Shown piece by piece: positions 1 through 10,982 of a stretch of 64,000 nucleotides of DNA. The DNA lies in the NCBI RefSeq assembly GCF_003334815.1, contig NZ_QOWO01000002.1; one strand, written 5' to 3'. How positions within the stretch are numbered: position 1 is the first letter of the stretch; each line of letters opens with the position of its first letter. This DNA is from Escherichia coli. GTDB lineage: Bacteria; Pseudomonadota; Gammaproteobacteria; Enterobacterales; Enterobacteriaceae. The position numbers and the translations under genes are program-made. The notes below the pieces were generated by a model. The model worked only from the letters and a program-made list of their open reading frames with translations, was not told the DNA's origin and made no database searches.

Positions 1-1640
1 AAATTGTGGGTTTTCGCGGTATCAACCGTTTGTCGTTGATGCTGGAACAAAACAACGTCCTGATTGGGGAAAACGCGTGGGGTAAATCCAGCTTGCTGGA
101 CGCCTTAACTCTGCTGCTATCGCCAGAATCAGATCTCTACCATTTTGAGCGCGACGATTTCTGGTTCCCGCCGGGAGATATCAACGGGCGAGAACATCAT
201 CTGCATATTATTTTGACCTTCCGCGAATCGCTGCCAGGCCGACATCGGGTTCGCCGTTATCGGCCGCTGGAAGCGTGCTGGACGCCATGCACCGATGGCT
301 ATCACCGTATTTTTTATCGTCTGGAAGGGGAGAGTGCGGAAGACGGCAGCGTGATGACACTGCGCAGTTTTCTCGATAAAGACGGACATCCGATTGATGT
401 CGAGGATATTAACGATCAGGCACGCCATCTGGTGCGTTTAATGCCGGTGCTGCGCTTGCGTGATGCCCGTTTTATGCGCCGTATTCGTAACGGCACGGTG
501 CCAAATGTCCCTAATGTGGAAGTCACCGCGCGCCAGCTCGATTTCCTCGCCCGTGAGTTATCCTCACATCCGCAAAATCTCTCTGATGGGCAGATTCGTC
601 AGGGACTTTCCGCAATGGTACAGCTGCTTGAGCATTATTTCTCTGAGCAGGGGGCCGGACAGGCGCGATATCGTTTAATGCGGCGGCGAGCCAGCAATGA
701 GCAACGAAGCTGGCGCTATCTGGATATCATCAACCGGATGATTGACCGACCTGGTGGGCGCTCGTATCGGGTTATTTTGCTCGGCCTATTTGCTACTTTG
801 TTGCAGGCAAAAGGCACATTGCGACTGGATAAAGACGCCCGTCCATTGTTGCTGATCGAAGATCCAGAAACCCGTTTACACCCCATTATGCTTTCAGTTG
901 CCTGGCATCTGTTGAATCTTCTGCCATTGCAGCGCATTGCCACCACCAACTCGGGTGAGTTGCTTTCGTTAACGCCGGTAGAGCATGTTTGCCGACTGGT
1001 ACGTGAGTCCTCGCGCGTTGCCGCCTGGCGTCTGGGGCCGAGTGGCTTGAGTACCGAAGATAGCCGACGCATATCCTTTCACATTCGTTTTAACCGTCCG
1101 TCATCGCTGTTTGCACGCTGCTGGTTGCTGGTGGAAGGGGAAACGGAAACCTGGGTTATCAATGAACTGGCGCGTCAGTGCGGACATCATTTTGATGCCG
1201 AAGGGATCAAGGTCATTGAGTTTGCCCAGTCCGGGCTAAAGCCACTGGTTAAATTTGCCCGCCGAATGGGGATTGAATGGCATGTACTGGTCGATGGCGA
1301 TGAAGCAGGGAAGAAATATGCCGCTACGGTACGCAGCCTGTTGAATAACGATCGGGAAGCCGAACGAGAACATTTAACGGCGTTACCGGCGCTGGATATG
1401 GAACATTTTATGTATCGCCAGGGATTTTCCGATGTGTTCCACCGCATGGCGCAAATCCCGGAAAATGTACCGATGAATCTACGCAAAATTATCTCGAAAG
1501 CGATCCATCGCTCTTCCAAACCCGATCTTGCCATTGAAGTGGCAATGGAGGCAGGACGTCGTGGTGTGGACTCCGTACCGACGCTGCTGAAAAAAATGTT
1601 CTCACGCGTGCTGTGGCTGGCGCGCGGTCGCGCGGATTAA
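1..1640 (+). CDS. ybjD: OLD-family ATP-dependent endonuclease-like protein (AAA ATPase N-terminal region), 5' end cut by window edge
   Basis: Frame of ORF 6..1640 is open to position 1 (track start at 6 is a GTG inside the gene); P-loop GENAWGKSSLLD; followed by ybjX and macAB as in E. coli. Confidence 0.85.
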   Translation, partial: IVGFRGINRLSLMLEQNNVLIGENAWGKSSLLDALTLLLSPESDLYHFERDDFWFPPGDINGREHHLHIILTFRESLPGRHRVRRYRPLEACWTPCTDGYHRIFYRLEGESAEDGSVMTLRSFLDKDGHPIDVEDINDQARHLVRLMPVLRLRDARFMRRIRNGTVPNVPNVEVTARQLDFLARELSSHPQNLSDGQIRQGLSAMVQLLEHYFSEQGAGQARYRLMRRRASNEQRSWRYLDIINRMIDRPGGRSYRVILLGLFATLLQAKGTLRLDKDARPLLLIEDPETRLHPIMLSVAWHLLNLLPLQRIATTNSGELLSLTPVEHVCRLVRESSRVAAWRLGPSGLSTEDSRRISFHIRFNRPSSLFARCWLLVEGETETWVINELARQCGHHFDAEGIKVIEFAQSGLKPLVKFARRMGIEWHVLVDGDEAGKKYAATVRSLLNNDREAEREHLTALPALDMEHFMYRQGFSDVFHRMAQIPENVPMNLRKIISKAIHRSSKPDLAIEVAMEAGRRGVDSVPTLLKKMFSRVLWLARGRAD

Positions 1641-2629
1641 CCGCGAAACATCGTGGCCATTTGTGGCTGAATAGCGTCGAGCATCTCATAGCGCCGACGG
1701 TATTCAGCCCGTTTTTTACTGGCGATTTCGGCAATCTCTTTTCGTGCTATCTGTGCTGGAAGGCGGTAATGGCGTTCAGCATCACATACGCCGCCAACCG
1801 ATTCCCAGAAAGCGTTGTAATCAGCGTGGATCTTGCCTTCTTTATCGCGATAACGCAGGCTGCGGTAAATATGCGTTTCATTGCTGACGGCAATAATCTG
1901 CTCTACCTGCAAACGTTGGGCAAACAGACAGGCCGCTTCCATCACGAGGCGTTTGGGAAATAGCCCGTGGCAGGCTTTCGTCGCATTCTGGATTTCCTGA
2001 TGTGGAATTTCCCATTTTGCGCCTTGCAGTCCGCCAATAAACATCGTTCTTTTCCCCTGATATTCACACAGGGTAAACGTGATCTCTGCCAGAGGAATAC
2101 CTTCGCTGTTGCGGAACAGGATTGTGCTGTCACCTTCTTTATCCATTGAGATCATCATGGTCAGCTCAAGCGTGAACTGCTCGCCGTTTTTGCCTTCCAG
2201 CTTCGCCAGTTGCAGCCCGGGGGTATTCAAATATAAGCTGAATTCTTCCGCCGACATACATTCGCGGAGTAACGCATAATGGTAACGTAACGCCTCCAGC
2301 AATTGCTTACGGCTAAGATTCGCCGCAAGGTAAGGGCGATGCAGACGCACAGGCAGTCGCGGCTGGCGCGTTAACAATACATTGAGATTAGGCCAGTGGG
2401 AAAGTTCGTTCATCCACTCAACGCTTAAACGCGGCATAATCAACGAGCGCAGCAAAAATTTCTGGCGAAAACTACGGCGATGCCAGAATTTACCCGGCCG
2501 ACACTGTCCACGTGCCAGACTAAGAAAAAGTGACAGGCTGCTGAGAGATTCAGATGGCGTAAAGGTCCGTTCAGTTAGCTGCGACATATTCATGAAATCA
2601 ATGGTTATACATGGCGTCGATTTCACCAT
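1637..2629 (-). CDS. ybjX: DUF535/VirK-like protein YbjX
   Basis: 330-aa ORF; sequence recognised as YbjX; divergent from macA. Confidence 0.85.
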   Translation of the reverse strand: MVKSTPCITIDFMNMSQLTERTFTPSESLSSLSLFLSLARGQCRPGKFWHRRSFRQKFLLRSLIMPRLSVEWMNELSHWPNLNVLLTRQPRLPVRLHRPYLAANLSRKQLLEALRYHYALLRECMSAEEFSLYLNTPGLQLAKLEGKNGEQFTLELTMMISMDKEGDSTILFRNSEGIPLAEITFTLCEYQGKRTMFIGGLQGAKWEIPHQEIQNATKACHGLFPKRLVMEAACLFAQRLQVEQIIAVSNETHIYRSLRYRDKEGKIHADYNAFWESVGGVCDAERHYRLPAQIARKEIAEIASKKRAEYRRRYEMLDAIQPQMATMFRG

Positions 2630-2743
2630 TGCGTATCTTAACCAAACATCAATAGTGTGATTACTAACGTAAATTTTAGGGTTTTGTTGATATTTCGTTG
2701 AAGTTAATGACCCGGATTGGCATATGGAGTATTCAGAAAATTT

Positions 2744-3859
2744 ATGAAAAAGCGGAAAACCGTGAAGAAGCGTTACGTTATTGCGCTGGTGATAGTCATC
2801 GCCGGACTGATTACGTTATGGAGAATTCTTAACGCACCCGTGCCGACTTATCAGACGCTGATTGTGCGCCCCGGTGATTTACAGCAAAGCGTGCTGGCGA
2901 CCGGAAAGCTGGACGCGCTGCGTAAGGTTGATGTGGGCGCGCAGGTCAGCGGTCAGTTGAAAACTCTGTCGGTGGCGATTGGCGATAAAGTAAAAAAAGA
3001 CCAGCTTTTAGGGGTTATTGATCCTGAACAGGCTGAAAACCAGATTAAGGAGGTCGAAGCAACGCTGATGGAGCTACGTGCGCAGCGGCAGCAGGCGGAA
3101 GCGGAGCTGAAACTGGCGCGGGTGACGTATTCCCGTCAGCAACGTCTGGCACAAACGAAGGCTGTTTCACAGCAGGATCTCGACACCGCCGCGACGGAGA
3201 TGGCTGTGAAACAGGCGCAAATTGGCACCATTGACGCGCAAATCAAGCGCAATCAGGCTTCTCTCGATACGGCTAAAACCAATCTCGATTACACTCGCAT
3301 CGTTGCCCCGATGGCCGGGGAAGTCACGCAAATCACCACTCTGCAAGGCCAGACGGTGATTGCCGCACAACAAGCACCGAACATTCTGACGCTGGCAGAT
3401 ATGAGCACCATGCTGGTAAAAGCGCAGGTTTCTGAAGCGGATGTAATCCACCTGAAGCCGGGGCAAAAAGCCTGGTTTACGGTGCTTGGCGATCCACTGA
3501 CGCGCTACGAGGGGCAAATCAAGGATGTACTACCGACGCCGGAAAAGGTTAACGACGCTATTTTCTATTACGCCCGTTTTGAAGTCCCCAACCCCAATGG
3601 TTTGCTGCGGCTGGATATGACTGCGCAAGTGCATATTCAGCTCACCGATGTGAAAAATGTGCTGACGATCCCTCTGTCGGCGTTAGGCGATCCGGTTGGC
3701 GATAATCGTTATAAAGTCAAATTGTTGCGTAATGGTGAAACACGCGAGCGTGAAGTGACGATTGGCGCACGTAACGATACCGATGTTGAGATTGTCAAAG
3801 GGCTTGAAGCGGGCGATGAAGTGGTGATTGGTGAGGCCAAACCAGGAGCTGCACAATGA
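2744..3859 (+). CDS. macA: Macrolide efflux membrane fusion protein MacA
   Basis: ORF 2717..3859; start placed at [11 protein letters not shown] (371 aa); coiled-coil periplasmic adaptor; 4-bp ATGA overlap with macB. Confidence 0.9.
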   Translation: MKKRKTVKKRYVIALVIVIAGLITLWRILNAPVPTYQTLIVRPGDLQQSVLATGKLDALRKVDVGAQVSGQLKTLSVAIGDKVKKDQLLGVIDPEQAENQIKEVEATLMELRAQRQQAEAELKLARVTYSRQQRLAQTKAVSQQDLDTAATEMAVKQAQIGTIDAQIKRNQASLDTAKTNLDYTRIVAPMAGEVTQITTLQGQTVIAAQQAPNILTLADMSTMLVKAQVSEADVIHLKPGQKAWFTVLGDPLTRYEGQIKDVLPTPEKVNDAIFYYARFEVPNPNGLLRLDMTAQVHIQLTDVKNVLTIPLSALGDPVGDNRYKVKLLRNGETREREVTIGARNDTDVEIVKGLEAGDEVVIGEAKPGAAQ

Positions 3860-5802
3860 CGCCTTTGCTCGAATTAAAGGATATTCGTCGCAGCTATCCT
3901 GCCGGTGATGAGCAGGTTGAGGTGCTGAAGGGCATCAGCCTCGATATTTATGCGGGTGAGATGATCGCGATTGTTGGCGCTTCGGGTTCCGGTAAATCGA
4001 CCCTGATGAATATTCTCGGCTGTCTGGATAAGGCCACCAGCGGCACCTATCGCGTCGCCGGTCAGGATGTTGCCACGCTGGACGCCGATGCGCTGGCGCA
4101 ACTGCGCCGCGAGCATTTCGGCTTTATTTTCCAGCGTTACCATTTGCTTTCGCATTTAACCGCCGAGCAGAACGTTGAAGTACCCGCCGTCTATGCTGGT
4201 CTTGAGCGGAAACAGCGACTGCTTCGTGCCCAGGAGTTGCTGCAACGGCTGGGGCTGGAAGACCGTACAGAGTATTATCCGGCACAGCTTTCGGGTGGTC
4301 AGCAACAGCGCGTCAGCATCGCGCGGGCATTGATGAACGGTGGTCAGGTAATTCTTGCCGATGAACCAACCGGCGCACTGGACAGCCATTCTGGCGAAGA
4401 GGTGATGGCGATCCTGCATCAGCTGCGCGATCGTGGGCATACGGTGATTATCGTCACCCACGATCCGCAGGTCGCTGCTCAGGCCGAGCGGGTGATCGAA
4501 ATTCGCGACGGCGAAATTGTGCGCAATCCTCCCGCCATTGAAAAAGTGAATGTTACTGGCGGGACGGAACCTGTTGTCAACACGGTGTCTGGCTGGCGGC
4601 AGTTTGTCAGCGGTTTTAACGAGGCGCTGACGATGGCATGGCGGGCGCTGGCAGCGAATAAAATGCGTACTTTACTGACCATGCTGGGGATTATTATCGG
4701 TATTGCGTCGGTGGTTTCCATTGTCGTGGTGGGTGACGCCGCCAAACAAATGGTGCTGGCGGATATTCGTTCTATTGGTACGAATACTATTGATGTCTAT
4801 CCCGGGAAAGATTTTGGCGATGACGATCCGCAATATCAGCAGGCGCTGAAGTACGACGACTTAATCGCCATCCAAAAACAACCGTGGGTCGCCTCAGCCA
4901 CACCTGCCGTCTCGCAAAACCTGCGCCTGCGTTATAACAATGTTGATGTTGCTGCCAGTGCCAATGGCGTGAGCGGCGATTATTTTAATGTCTATGGCAT
5001 GACCTTCAGTGAAGGAAACACCTTTAATCAGGAGCAGCTGAACGGTCGTGCGCAGGTCGTGGTTCTCGACAGTAATACTCGCCGCCAGCTTTTCCCCCAT
5101 AAAGCAGATGTGGTTGGCGAGGTGATTCTGGTCGGCAATATGCCCGCCAGAGTCATTGGTGTGGCGGAAGAAAAACAGTCGATGTTTGGTAGCAGTAAAG
5201 TGCTGCGTGTCTGGCTACCTTACAGCACGATGTCCGGGCGAGTTATGGGCCAGTCGTGGCTTAACTCCATTACTGTCAGGGTGAAAGAAGGATTTGACAG
5301 CGCCGAGGCGGAACAGCAACTCACGCGTTTACTTTCACTGCGCCACGGAAAGAAGGATTTCTTTACCTGGAACATGGACGGCGTCTTGAAAACTGTTGAA
5401 AAGACCACACGTACTTTACAACTGTTTCTGACGCTGGTGGCGGTGATTTCGCTGGTGGTGGGCGGTATTGGTGTAATGAATATTATGCTGGTGTCAGTGA
5501 CCGAGCGGACGCGGGAAATTGGCATTCGCATGGCTGTAGGTGCGCGAGCAAGCGATGTTTTGCAACAGTTCCTGATCGAAGCCGTACTGGTTTGCCTGGT
5601 CGGTGGCGCGTTGGGAATAACACTGTCACTGTTAATTGCTTTCACCTTGCAGCTTTTCTTACCCGGCTGGGAGATTGGTTTTTCACCGTTGGCGCTGCTG
5701 CTGGCGTTTCTCTGCTCGACGGTCACCGGGATTTTATTTGGCTGGTTACCCGCACGAAATGCGGCACGACTGGATCCAGTAGATGCTCTGGCACGAGAGT
5801 AA
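3856..5802 (+). CDS. macB: Macrolide ABC exporter ATPase/permease MacB
   Basis: 648-aa ORF; N-terminal Walker [18 protein letters not shown] signature; C-terminal FtsX-like permease. Confidence 0.93.
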   Translation: MTPLLELKDIRRSYPAGDEQVEVLKGISLDIYAGEMIAIVGASGSGKSTLMNILGCLDKATSGTYRVAGQDVATLDADALAQLRREHFGFIFQRYHLLSHLTAEQNVEVPAVYAGLERKQRLLRAQELLQRLGLEDRTEYYPAQLSGGQQQRVSIARALMNGGQVILADEPTGALDSHSGEEVMAILHQLRDRGHTVIIVTHDPQVAAQAERVIEIRDGEIVRNPPAIEKVNVTGGTEPVVNTVSGWRQFVSGFNEALTMAWRALAANKMRTLLTMLGIIIGIASVVSIVVVGDAAKQMVLADIRSIGTNTIDVYPGKDFGDDDPQYQQALKYDDLIAIQKQPWVASATPAVSQNLRLRYNNVDVAASANGVSGDYFNVYGMTFSEGNTFNQEQLNGRAQVVVLDSNTRRQLFPHKADVVGEVILVGNMPARVIGVAEEKQSMFGSSKVLRVWLPYSTMSGRVMGQSWLNSITVRVKEGFDSAEAEQQLTRLLSLRHGKKDFFTWNMDGVLKTVEKTTRTLQLFLTLVAVISLVVGGIGVMNIMLVSVTERTREIGIRMAVGARASDVLQQFLIEAVLVCLVGGALGITLSLLIAFTLQLFLPGWEIGFSPLALLLAFLCSTVTGILFGWLPARNAARLDPVDALARE

Positions 5803-5812
5803 TTTTTGAGAT

Positions 5813-5843
5813 AAAAATGCCAGCCGATCGGGCTGGCATTTTG
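5813..5843. terminator. Bidirectional Rho-independent terminator between macB and cspD
   Basis: Perfect hairpin aaaatgccagcc-gatc-ggctggcatttt flanked by T/A runs on both strands. Confidence 0.6.
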
Positions 5844-5874
5844 CCTTTAGGATGTACACAATGAGACAGAAGAG

Positions 5875-6099
5875 CTATGCGACTGCCGCTTCTACTTCGA
5901 CGGGCACAATAACACTGGCGTGATTGCCTTTTGGCCCCTGGTGGACATCAAACTGAACGGATTGTCCAGCTTTTAGCGTTCTGTAACCATCCATCTGAAT
6001 GGTGGAATAATGAGCGAAAATATCTTCGCCGCCGCCTTCAGGGCAGATGAAACCAAACCCTTTGGCATTGTTGAACCACTTAACAGTACCCTTTTCCAT
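5875..6099 (-). CDS. cspD: Cold-shock-domain protein CspD (stationary-phase replication inhibitor)
   Basis: ORF 5875..6129; start placed at MEKGTVKWFNNAKGFGFI (74 aa); canonical CSD motifs. Confidence 0.92.
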   Translation of the reverse strand: MEKGTVKWFNNAKGFGFICPEGGGEDIFAHYSTIQMDGYRTLKAGQSVQFDVHQGPKGNHASVIVPVEVEAAVA

Positions 6100-6421
6100 G
6101 CTTCGACATCCTTCGCAAATCTTATACAAGTAAGATGGAATAAACCGGGGTCAGAGAGGGGGCTGTTCAAAACCTCGCCAACTCTAGAAATACAATTTAG
6201 AGAATTAGGGCGAGCCGTCAAGCATTTGACAGGGGACAAGGGGCAGGTATGAATCAAAAATTTGAAGCAGTTAACGCTATTGACAGGAATGTGACAGATG
6301 TCGCTGATGCCAACGATAGATGATAGTTATCTATCATGTGGAGTAGATTGGTCAGGCAAATAAGCTCTTGTCAGCGGCAGGGCGTTCTGCCGATAACCGT
6401 AACCGAAGATGATAACTGACA

Positions 6422-6742
6422 ATGGGTAAAACGAACGACTGGCTGGACTTTGATCAACTGGCGGAAGAAAAAGTTCGCGACGCGCTAAAACCGCCATCTA
6501 TGTATAAAGTGATATTAGTCAATGATGATTACACTCCGATGGAGTTTGTTATTGACGTGTTACAAAAATTCTTTTCTTATGATGTAGAACGTGCAACGCA
6601 ATTGATGCTCGCTGTTCACTACCAGGGGAAGGCCATTTGCGGAGTCTTTACCGCCGAGGTTGCAGAAACCAAAGTGGCGATGGTGAACAAGTACGCGAGG
6701 GAGAATGAGCATCCATTGCTGTGTACGCTAGAAAAAGCCTGA
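6422..6742 (+). CDS. clpS: ClpS, N-degron adaptor for ClpAP
   Basis: 106-aa ORF recognised as ClpS; immediately upstream of clpA. Confidence 0.93.
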
Positions 6743-6772
6743 ATGCAGGCATAAAAATTGGGGGAGGTGCCT

Positions 6773-9049
6773 ATGCTCAATCAAGAACTGGAACTCAGTT
6801 TAAATATGGCTTTCGCCAGAGCGCGCGAGCACCGTCATGAGTTTATGACCGTCGAGCACTTGTTACTGGCGCTGCTCAGTAACCCATCTGCCCGGGAGGC
6901 GCTGGAAGCGTGTTCTGTGGATTTGGTTGCGCTCCGTCAGGAACTGGAAGCCTTTATTGAACAAACCACACCCGTTCTGCCTGCCAGTGAAGAGGAGCGC
7001 GACACACAGCCGACGCTGAGTTTTCAGCGTGTACTGCAACGTGCGGTCTTCCATGTCCAGTCCTCCGGTCGCAATGAGGTTACCGGTGCAAACGTTCTGG
7101 TCGCTATCTTTAGCGAACAGGAGTCGCAGGCGGCATATCTGTTGCGTAAACATGAAGTCAGCCGTCTCGATGTGGTGAACTTTATCTCTCATGGCACGCG
7201 TAAAGACGAGCCGACACAGTCTTCTGATCCTGGCAGCCAGCCAAACAGCGAAGAACAAGCTGGTGGGGAGGAACGTATGGAGAATTTCACGACGAACCTG
7301 AATCAGCTTGCGCGCGTGGGCGGAATCGACCCACTGATTGGTCGTGAGAAGGAGCTGGAGCGTGCTATTCAGGTTCTCTGCCGTCGCCGTAAAAACAACC
7401 CGCTGCTGGTGGGGGAATCTGGTGTCGGTAAAACCGCGATTGCGGAAGGTCTTGCCTGGCGAATTGTTCAGGGCGATGTGCCGGAAGTGATGGCTGACTG
7501 TACGATTTACTCTCTCGATATCGGTTCTCTGTTAGCGGGCACAAAATATCGCGGCGACTTTGAAAAACGTTTTAAAGCGTTGCTCAAGCAGCTGGAGCAG
7601 GACACTAACAGCATCCTGTTTATTGATGAGATCCACACCATTATCGGTGCGGGTGCAGCGTCTGGTGGTCAGGTCGATGCGGCTAACCTAATCAAACCGT
7701 TGCTCTCCAGCGGTAAAATTCGTGTAATTGGTTCGACAACCTATCAGGAGTTCAGCAACATTTTCGAGAAAGACCGTGCTCTGGCGCGTCGCTTCCAGAA
7801 AATTGATATTACTGAACCGTCGATCGAAGAAACTGTTCAAATCATCAATGGCCTGAAACCGAAGTATGAAGCGCACCACGACGTGCGTTATACCGCAAAA
7901 GCGGTGCGTGCGGCGGTAGAGCTGGCGGTGAAATACATTAACGATCGTCATCTGCCGGATAAAGCCATTGATGTTATCGACGAAGCGGGCGCTCGCGCAC
8001 GCCTGATGCCGGTAAGCAAACGCAAGAAAACCGTTAATGTGGCGGATATTGAGTCCGTGGTGGCCCGTATTGCACGCATTCCAGAGAAGAGTGTTTCTCA
8101 GAGTGATCGTGATACCCTGAAAAACCTCGGCGATCGCTTGAAAATGCTGGTCTTCGGTCAGGATAAAGCCATTGAGGCGCTGACTGAAGCCATTAAGATG
8201 GCGCGTGCAGGTTTAGGTCACGAACATAAACCGGTTGGTTCGTTCCTGTTTGCCGGCCCTACCGGGGTCGGGAAAACAGAGGTGACGGTACAGCTTTCGA
8301 AAGCTTTGGGCATTGAGCTTCTGCGCTTTGATATGTCCGAGTATATGGAACGCCATACCGTCAGCCGTCTTATTGGTGCGCCTCCGGGATACGTTGGTTT
8401 TGATCAGGGCGGTTTGCTGACTGATGCGGTCATCAAGCATCCACATGCGGTGCTGCTGCTGGACGAAATCGAGAAAGCGCACCCGGACGTGTTCAATATT
8501 CTGTTGCAGGTGATGGATAACGGTACGCTGACCGATAACAACGGACGCAAAGCAGACTTCCGTAACGTGGTGCTGGTGATGACCACCAACGCCGGGGTAC
8601 GGGAAACTGAGCGCAAATCCATTGGTCTTATCCACCAGGATAACAGCACCGATGCGATGGAAGAGATCAAGAAGATCTTTACACCGGAATTCCGTAACCG
8701 TCTCGACAACATTATCTGGTTTGATCATCTGTCAACCGACGTGATCCATCAGGTGGTGGATAAATTCATCGTCGAGTTGCAGGTTCAGCTGGATCAGAAA
8801 GGTGTTTCTCTGGAAGTGAGCCAGGAAGCGCGTAACTGGCTGGCCGAGAAAGGTTACGACCGGGCAATGGGCGCTCGTCCGATGGCGCGTGTCATCCAGG
8901 ACAACCTGAAAAAACCGCTCGCCAACGAACTGCTGTTTGGTTCGCTGGTGGACGGCGGTCAGGTCACCGTCGCGCTGGATAAAGAGAAAAATGAGCTGAC
9001 TTACGGATTCCAGAGTGCACAAAAGCACAAGGCGGAAGCAGCGCATTAA
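6773..9049 (+). CDS. clpA: ClpA, ATP-dependent Clp protease ATPase/chaperone subunit
   Basis: ORF 6758..9049; start placed at [11 protein letters not shown] (758 aa); two AAA+ modules ([16 protein letters not shown]). Confidence 0.95.
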   Translation: MLNQELELSLNMAFARAREHRHEFMTVEHLLLALLSNPSAREALEACSVDLVALRQELEAFIEQTTPVLPASEEERDTQPTLSFQRVLQRAVFHVQSSGRNEVTGANVLVAIFSEQESQAAYLLRKHEVSRLDVVNFISHGTRKDEPTQSSDPGSQPNSEEQAGGEERMENFTTNLNQLARVGGIDPLIGREKELERAIQVLCRRRKNNPLLVGESGVGKTAIAEGLAWRIVQGDVPEVMADCTIYSLDIGSLLAGTKYRGDFEKRFKALLKQLEQDTNSILFIDEIHTIIGAGAASGGQVDAANLIKPLLSSGKIRVIGSTTYQEFSNIFEKDRALARRFQKIDITEPSIEETVQIINGLKPKYEAHHDVRYTAKAVRAAVELAVKYINDRHLPDKAIDVIDEAGARARLMPVSKRKKTVNVADIESVVARIARIPEKSVSQSDRDTLKNLGDRLKMLVFGQDKAIEALTEAIKMARAGLGHEHKPVGSFLFAGPTGVGKTEVTVQLSKALGIELLRFDMSEYMERHTVSRLIGAPPGYVGFDQGGLLTDAVIKHPHAVLLLDEIEKAHPDVFNILLQVMDNGTLTDNNGRKADFRNVVLVMTTNAGVRETERKSIGLIHQDNSTDAMEEIKKIFTPEFRNRLDNIIWFDHLSTDVIHQVVDKFIVELQVQLDQKGVSLEVSQEARNWLAEKGYDRAMGARPMARVIQDNLKKPLANELLFGSLVDGGQVTVALDKEKNELTYGFQSAQKHKAEAAH

Positions 9050-9074
9050 TCTGATTGTTAGGTAGGTTGGTCAA

Positions 9075-9111
9075 GTCCGTAATCTCGAAAGAGGTTACGG
9101 ACTTTTTGTTT
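9075..9111 (+). terminator. Probable Rho-independent terminator of clpA
   Basis: Hairpin gtccgtaatctc-gaaa-gaggttacggac (one mismatch) followed by TTTTTGTTT. Confidence 0.5.
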
Positions 9112-9261
9112 ATGGGGTGGAGGAGGTTCAGACCCTTTTTTTAATGATGATGGTAAGTTGTTGATAATTAGTGCTGCGGGAAGGTAAGGATAAAAAAGGG
9201 TGCTGCAGGAGAATGGGATGGTTTTGCTTTATTAACAACGGGCTAAACGTGTAGTATTTGA

Positions 9262-9349
9262 GTTCACTGCCGTACAGGCAGCTTAGAAATTCACAGGTAA
9301 CATACTCCACCCGCCCACCATGTTCACTGCCGTACAGACAGATAAAATG
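9262..9349 (+). CRISPR. Orphan type I-F (Ypest-type, CRISPR4-like) mini-array: 2 repeats, 1 spacer, no adjacent cas genes
   Basis: 28-bp repeat GTTCACTGCCGTACAGGCAGCTTAGAAA at 9262-9289; 32-bp spacer ttcacaggtaacatactccacccgcccaccat at 9290-9321; degenerate terminal repeat GTTCACTGCCGTACAGACAGATAAAATG at 9322-9349. Confidence 0.7.
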
Positions 9350-9350
9350 C

Positions 9351-9380
9351 GAAAAAAAAGCTCGCACTTTCGTACGAGCT
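9351..9380 (-). terminator. Rho-independent terminator of serW
   Basis: On minus strand, hairpin agctcg-(loop)-cgagct followed by an 8-U run. Confidence 0.55.
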
Positions 9381-9392
9381 CTTCTTTAAATA

Positions 9393-9480
9393 TGGCGGTG
9401 AGGGGGGGATTCGAACCCCCGATACGTTGCCGTATACACACTTTCCAGGCGTGCTCCTTCAGCCACTCGGACACCTCACC
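9393..9480 (-). tRNA. serW: tRNA-Ser (anticodon GGA), 88 nt including CCA
   Basis: Reverse complement reads GGTGAGGTGTCCGAGTGGCTGAAGGAGCACGCCTGGAAAGTGTG...GGTTCGAATCCCCCCCTCACCGCCA; long variable arm typical of class II tRNA-Ser. Confidence 0.93.
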
Positions 9481-9668
9481 AAATTGTTTTGCTACCAAAC
9501 CTCATGGGTGGCAACGGGGCGCTACTATAGGGAGTTGGAGTAAAACGGTCAAGAAGAATTTTAATGATAATTATTGTTTGCTCATACTGTAAACAAGTTG
9601 TGCAGTATATCTACATCGAGACAAGTTACGGACTTATACTTCCAAAGTACTTCATACATATCACAAAA

Positions 9669-9697
9669 TAAAAAGGCCGGTTAAACCGACCTTTTAC
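9669..9697 (-). terminator. Rho-independent terminator of infA
   Basis: Minus-strand hairpin aaggtcgg-ttta-accggcctt followed by TTTTTATTTT. Confidence 0.55.
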
Positions 9698-9733
9698 TCG
9701 TTCTTTCTCTTCGCCCATCAGGCGGTAAAACAA

Positions 9734-9955
<222 letters not shown>

Positions 9956-10236
9956 ATCCTCTGGGGTATCACTACCGTAATTTGAACCGGCAAGATAATG
10001 CCGAAGTTCTGTAAATAAGTAAAGATTTGCGCGCTAAATCGCAACAAACAGGTTCGGCACATTACTCCGAAAACACACGGCTAAGCCGCACCAAAAGCGC
10101 AACGTATAAGGGAGCGGTGAGATAAACGATGGGCGTTACCTGACGCGAAAAATTCCTTATCGGCAGCGGGGTAATGAGCGTAACCAACTCTGCGACCGCA
10201 ATTATAACACTCTGGGGAGAAATGTGCCGAAAACAT

Positions 10237-10941
10237 TCATTCTTGTGGTGAAAACAAGCATCGTGGTACCCAGAAATTATTCGGCAATCGTCCGAGGCGC
10301 ATTTGATTGAGATAATTAAGGTAATCCCGGCGGGGAATTTCGCAGGCACCAAGCGATGCTGTGTGATCGTTAAGGACCTGGCAGTCGATAAGCTTACCGC
10401 CATGACCGATAAATTCCTCACAGAATACCAGAAGCGCCGTTTTAGACGCATTTTCCATCCGGCTGAACATGGACTCGCCACAAAATAGCGTTCCCTGGGC
10501 CACGCCGTACATACCGCCGACAAGCTCATCTTCACGCCAGACTTCAATGGCGTGGGCATGGCCGAGTTCGTGAAGGCGATGGTAGGCTTCGACCACGCCA
10601 CGCGTGATCCAGGTTCCTTCTTCGCGATCGCTGGCACAGCCTTCAATGACCTGACCAAAAGCGTAATTCATCGTGACACGATAGGGCGAGCGTTTATGAA
10701 ATCGCTTCATACTACGGCTGATATGCAGTGATTCTGGCCATAGCACCGCGCGGGGATCGGGCGACCACCAGAGGATGGGGTCGCCTGGAGAAAACTACGG
10801 AAAAATACCACGCTGGTAAGCCATTAACAGGCGCGCAGGGCTAAGATCGCCCCCAAGTGCCAGCAGGCCGTTAGGCTCACGTAATGCGCCTTCCGGGGAA
10901 GGGAAGGCTATTGAATGGCGAGAAAGCTGAACCAGGCGCAT
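10237..10941 (-). pseudogene. aat: Leucyl/phenylalanyl-tRNA-protein transferase (L/F-transferase) interrupted by an in-frame TAG at codon 49
   Basis: Minus-strand frame from ATG (complement of 10939-10941) reads [68 protein letters not shown], then continues into the 169-aa track ORF 10237..10746; stop is complement of 10795-10797. Confidence 0.8.
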
Positions 10942-10982
10942 GACCGCAAAACTCCACGCAAGTCGGATCGTTCAATAATAGC

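Noticed and set aside
9393-9480. serW tRNA as a possible genomic-island or prophage integration site
   Set aside because: No integrase, direct repeat of the tRNA 3' end, or foreign gene block is adjacent; infA follows 254 bp away as in an uninterrupted locus.
9128-9592. Short track ORFs overlapping the CRISPR remnant and serW tRNA
   Set aside because: They overlap a structured tRNA gene and CRISPR repeats and are better explained as non-coding.
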